From contig CAWCRS010000003.1 in NCBI GenBank assembly GCA_963798085.1, forward strand, positions 992,001 to 1,056,000: a stretch of DNA of 64,000 nucleotides, given 5' to 3'. The stretch comes from an uncultured Gemmatimonadales bacterium (lineage in GTDB: Bacteria; Gemmatimonadota; Gemmatimonadetes; Longimicrobiales; RSA9). Shown one piece after another: positions 61,845 to 64,000 of this stretch. Both the position numbers and the translations under genes were made by a program. Every line of letters begins with the position of its first letter. The first letter of the stretch is position 1. A model generated the notes under the pieces. That model did not search any database. It worked only from the letters and a program-made list of their open reading frames with translations, and was not told where the DNA came from.

Positions 61845-61910
61845 CAGGTTACACCGGACCGGGACGTTCGCTGCACCCGGTTCGTGTGGTGTGGTTTGGC
61901 CAGCTTTCGT

Positions 61911-62052
61911 CGGACCGTCCTGGCATTCTTGGGTTCCGGCCGCAACGGCAATGGTCGCGACCCAGACACGCATGAATTGTGGTCAATCGATACGTGCCTG
62001 ATGTGCCGGCATTGGTGCCTGGGACGAAACGAAAGAATGCCAAGACGGTCCG
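61911..62052. repeat. 142-bp element, copy 9
   Basis: CGGACCGTCCTGGCATTCTTGGGTT ... AACGAAAGAATGCCAAGACGGTCCG. Confidence 0.9.
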
Positions 62053-62235
62053 AAAGCGATCCCCCCAACCCCGGGCGCAGCGCCGTCGCCGAGCCCGCGC
62101 CTCGGGCAAGGCACAGGTGGCAGGCCCGTGCCCAAGCCCGGCGGGGTGCCCGGCGCCTACCCCGGTCCGGCGCGGTCGCCGAGCCCGTGCCGCGCCATTC
62201 GACATCGCCAGGCCAGCCGCACTTCATCAGCGGAT

Positions 62236-62377
62236 CGGACCGTCCTGGCATTCTTGGGTTCCGGCCGCTACCGCCATGGCGGTGACCCGCGCAGGTATGA
62301 AAAGTGGTCAATCAATGCCTGGCTGCGCCGTCGGCATATGCGCGCGTGACGGAAGGAAAGAATGCCAAGACGGTCCG
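62236..62377. repeat. 142-bp element, copy 10
   Basis: CGGACCGTCCTGGCATTCTTGGGTT ... AAGGAAAGAATGCCAAGACGGTCCG. Confidence 0.9.
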
Positions 62378-63375
62378 ATAGAGTCCTTCCCACCCCTCCG
62401 CTTCTTCAGTTCCGCAATCTTCTGCGCGGCGTTGGTGCTGGAGGGATCGAGCTGCAGCGCGTGCTGGTAGCTGGCAATCGCCAGATCGACCTTGCCATTC
62501 GCGGCATAGCCCTCGCCCAGCGAATCCCACGTGTTGGCAAGCTGCGGGAACGCCTCTGTAGCCAGCTTGAACACTTCAATGGCAACGGCCGGCGTGCGCC
62601 CACCGAGGAACTGATAGCCAATGTCGTTGAGCAGCCCTGCGCCCACAGGCGGTGCGCCATACTGTTTCTGCAGCTCGGCGTAGCGGCGACGGCCCGCTGC
62701 CGGATCCTGGCGGAAGAGCGCCATCAGGATCTGCGTGGCGTGCTGCTGTTTGGCAAACACTGAGTTGGGATTCATCTCGACGTTGAGCGCGTAGAGGCGT
62801 TCGGCATCATCCATGCGCCCCTGGCGCAGGAGCTGGGTCGCGACATTGACGAGCGGCACTTCGCCGAAGTCGTACGTGAAGCGACCGTAATAGCGGGATC
62901 GCAGGTTGTTGTAGGTGCTGAGGGTGGAGTCAATGCCGCCGGCCCGCCATGCAGCCAGCAGCACATCCTGGATCATGCGCGGCTGCGTGGTGCCGCGGTG
63001 GCAGGTGGCGCACTCGACGGCGAGGGGCGGCGTGATGCGGGACTCGAGCGACTGCAAGGCTGTGTCATTGATGACGGCCAGCATGCGCAGCATGGTGCGA
63101 GCCTTGCGCTTGGGCAGTTTCTCATCGGACGCGAAGTCGTACGTCTCCAGCGGCTTGCTTTCTTCGCCCACATGGCAGTACGTGCAGCGCACGCCCAGCG
63201 CGCGGGTGAAGCTGGCCATCAGGGGCACCAGGGAATCCGCGCGGATGTTGCGGGGCAGCACCTTGAGGTTGGTGAAGGAGTCGGGCGGAAACTGCGCGGC
63301 GGCAGGTCGCGGCAGGAGCGGCAGCAGCGCCAGGGCAGCGACTAACGGGCGGTTAAACAGACGCAGCACGGTCAC
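62308..63375 (-). CDS. Secreted diheme c-type cytochrome (reaction-centre cytochrome-like N-terminus) with C-terminal TPR
   Basis: NLKVLP, ALGVRCTYCH and ECATCHRG; TPR NTWDSLGEGY; GTG start follows GGAGG. Confidence 0.85.
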   Translation of the reverse strand: MTVLRLFNRPLVAALALLPLLPRPAAAQFPPDSFTNLKVLPRNIRADSLVPLMASFTRALGVRCTYCHVGEESKPLETYDFASDEKLPKRKARTMLRMLAVINDTALQSLESRITPPLAVECATCHRGTTQPRMIQDVLLAAWRAGGIDSTLSTYNNLRSRYYGRFTYDFGEVPLVNVATQLLRQGRMDDAERLYALNVEMNPNSVFAKQQHATQILMALFRQDPAAGRRRYAELQKQYGAPPVGAGLLNDIGYQFLGGRTPAVAIEVFKLATEAFPQLANTWDSLGEGYAANGKVDLAIASYQHALQLDPSSTNAAQKIAELKKRRGGKDSIGPSWHSFLPSRAHMPTAQPGID

Positions 63376-63688
63376 GGAGGCCTCCGGTTGAGTTGCCTCC
63401 GACAGTAACACGCCGCCGGGGCAGGCAGCGTCAAACCGGCGTCCGGGATTCGTCAAGGATTCGTGAACTCGCCGGGAACATTGCCCGCCGGGCAACCGGT
63501 GCGTTCGCGCGGATGTCAGCCGTTCGGCGATTCTGCCCATGGGCGGTGCTGCGTAATGGCGCCGGGTGTCGGGCGCCCGGGCGGGAGGTCCCACCGGGTG
63601 ACTCGCAGTGGCGGTGGACGCGGGATCGTCCAGCTTGACGGACCAGAGGGGTCGACAAACCGCGCAGGGCGCGGAGGAGCGTCGTTGC

Positions 63689-64000
63689 ATGGAATCCGGA
63701 TCGATGGAGAAGCGGGAGCTGCTGCGCCACACGGTAGCGACGGTGGCGTACCGGGGGGCGAAGGCGGTACGCGGTGCGCCGCCCGCGTTCGCTGCATTCG
63801 GCGGCGGCACCGGGGGTGGCGGCACGCGCACACCTGCGCAGATCCTGGCGCACGTAGGCGATCTGTTCGACTGGGCGCTGAGCCTGGCGCTGGGAGCACA
63901 GGCGTGGCAGGACTCGACGCCGCTGGCGTGGGACGATGAAGTCGCGCGCTTTTTCGCGAGTGTCGCACGTTTCGATCAGCGGCTCGCGTTGGCTGAACCG
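63689..64000 (+). CDS. DinB/YfiT-like helical protein, truncated by the window end
   Basis: MESGSMEKRELLRHTVATVAYRG...RTPAQILAHVGDLFDW; GGAGGA precedes the start. Confidence 0.7.
   Translation, partial: MESGSMEKRELLRHTVATVAYRGAKAVRGAPPAFAAFGGGTGGGGTRTPAQILAHVGDLFDWALSLALGAQAWQDSTPLAWDDEVARFFASVARFDQRLALAEP

Noticed and set aside
62308..63375. Evidence of phototrophy (PufC)
   Set aside because: Only two heme motifs plus a TPR, and no puf or bch genes nearby; fits the non-photosynthetic homologues.

Overview
High-GC bacterial chromosomal window. Gene content (lipoprotein clade II NosZ, ADOP permeases with PadR, 6-bladed propeller lipoproteins, GWxTD-like gene) suggests Gemmatimonadota; this is an inference. 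Metabolic loci: a Mo-hydroxylase system split into coxD/coxE/xdhC/sufU-like genes (0.7-4.2 kb) and coxS-coxL-coxM-mocA-TSUP (22.8-28.2 kb); a complete Rrf2-cytochrome c-nosZ-nosB-nosL/D-nosF-nosY cluster; and trehalose genes (otsA, otsB-GH15). Other genes include an EACC1-caspase pair, dinB, rhlE, amidohydrolases and a two-component system. The most unusual non-coding signal is a dispersed family of ten elements, nine of them 141-143 bp. They have asymmetric ~25-bp terminal inverted repeats, symmetric CATG sites, and a centred 24-bp core found in both orientations relative to the ends; no transposase is present in the window. There are also several sigma54-type promoters, one apparently driving an unannotated ~110-nt sRNA. 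Many single-base indels look like long-read errors, so some ORF fusions and breaks are artefacts. Coordinates were read by eye and may be off by a few bases.
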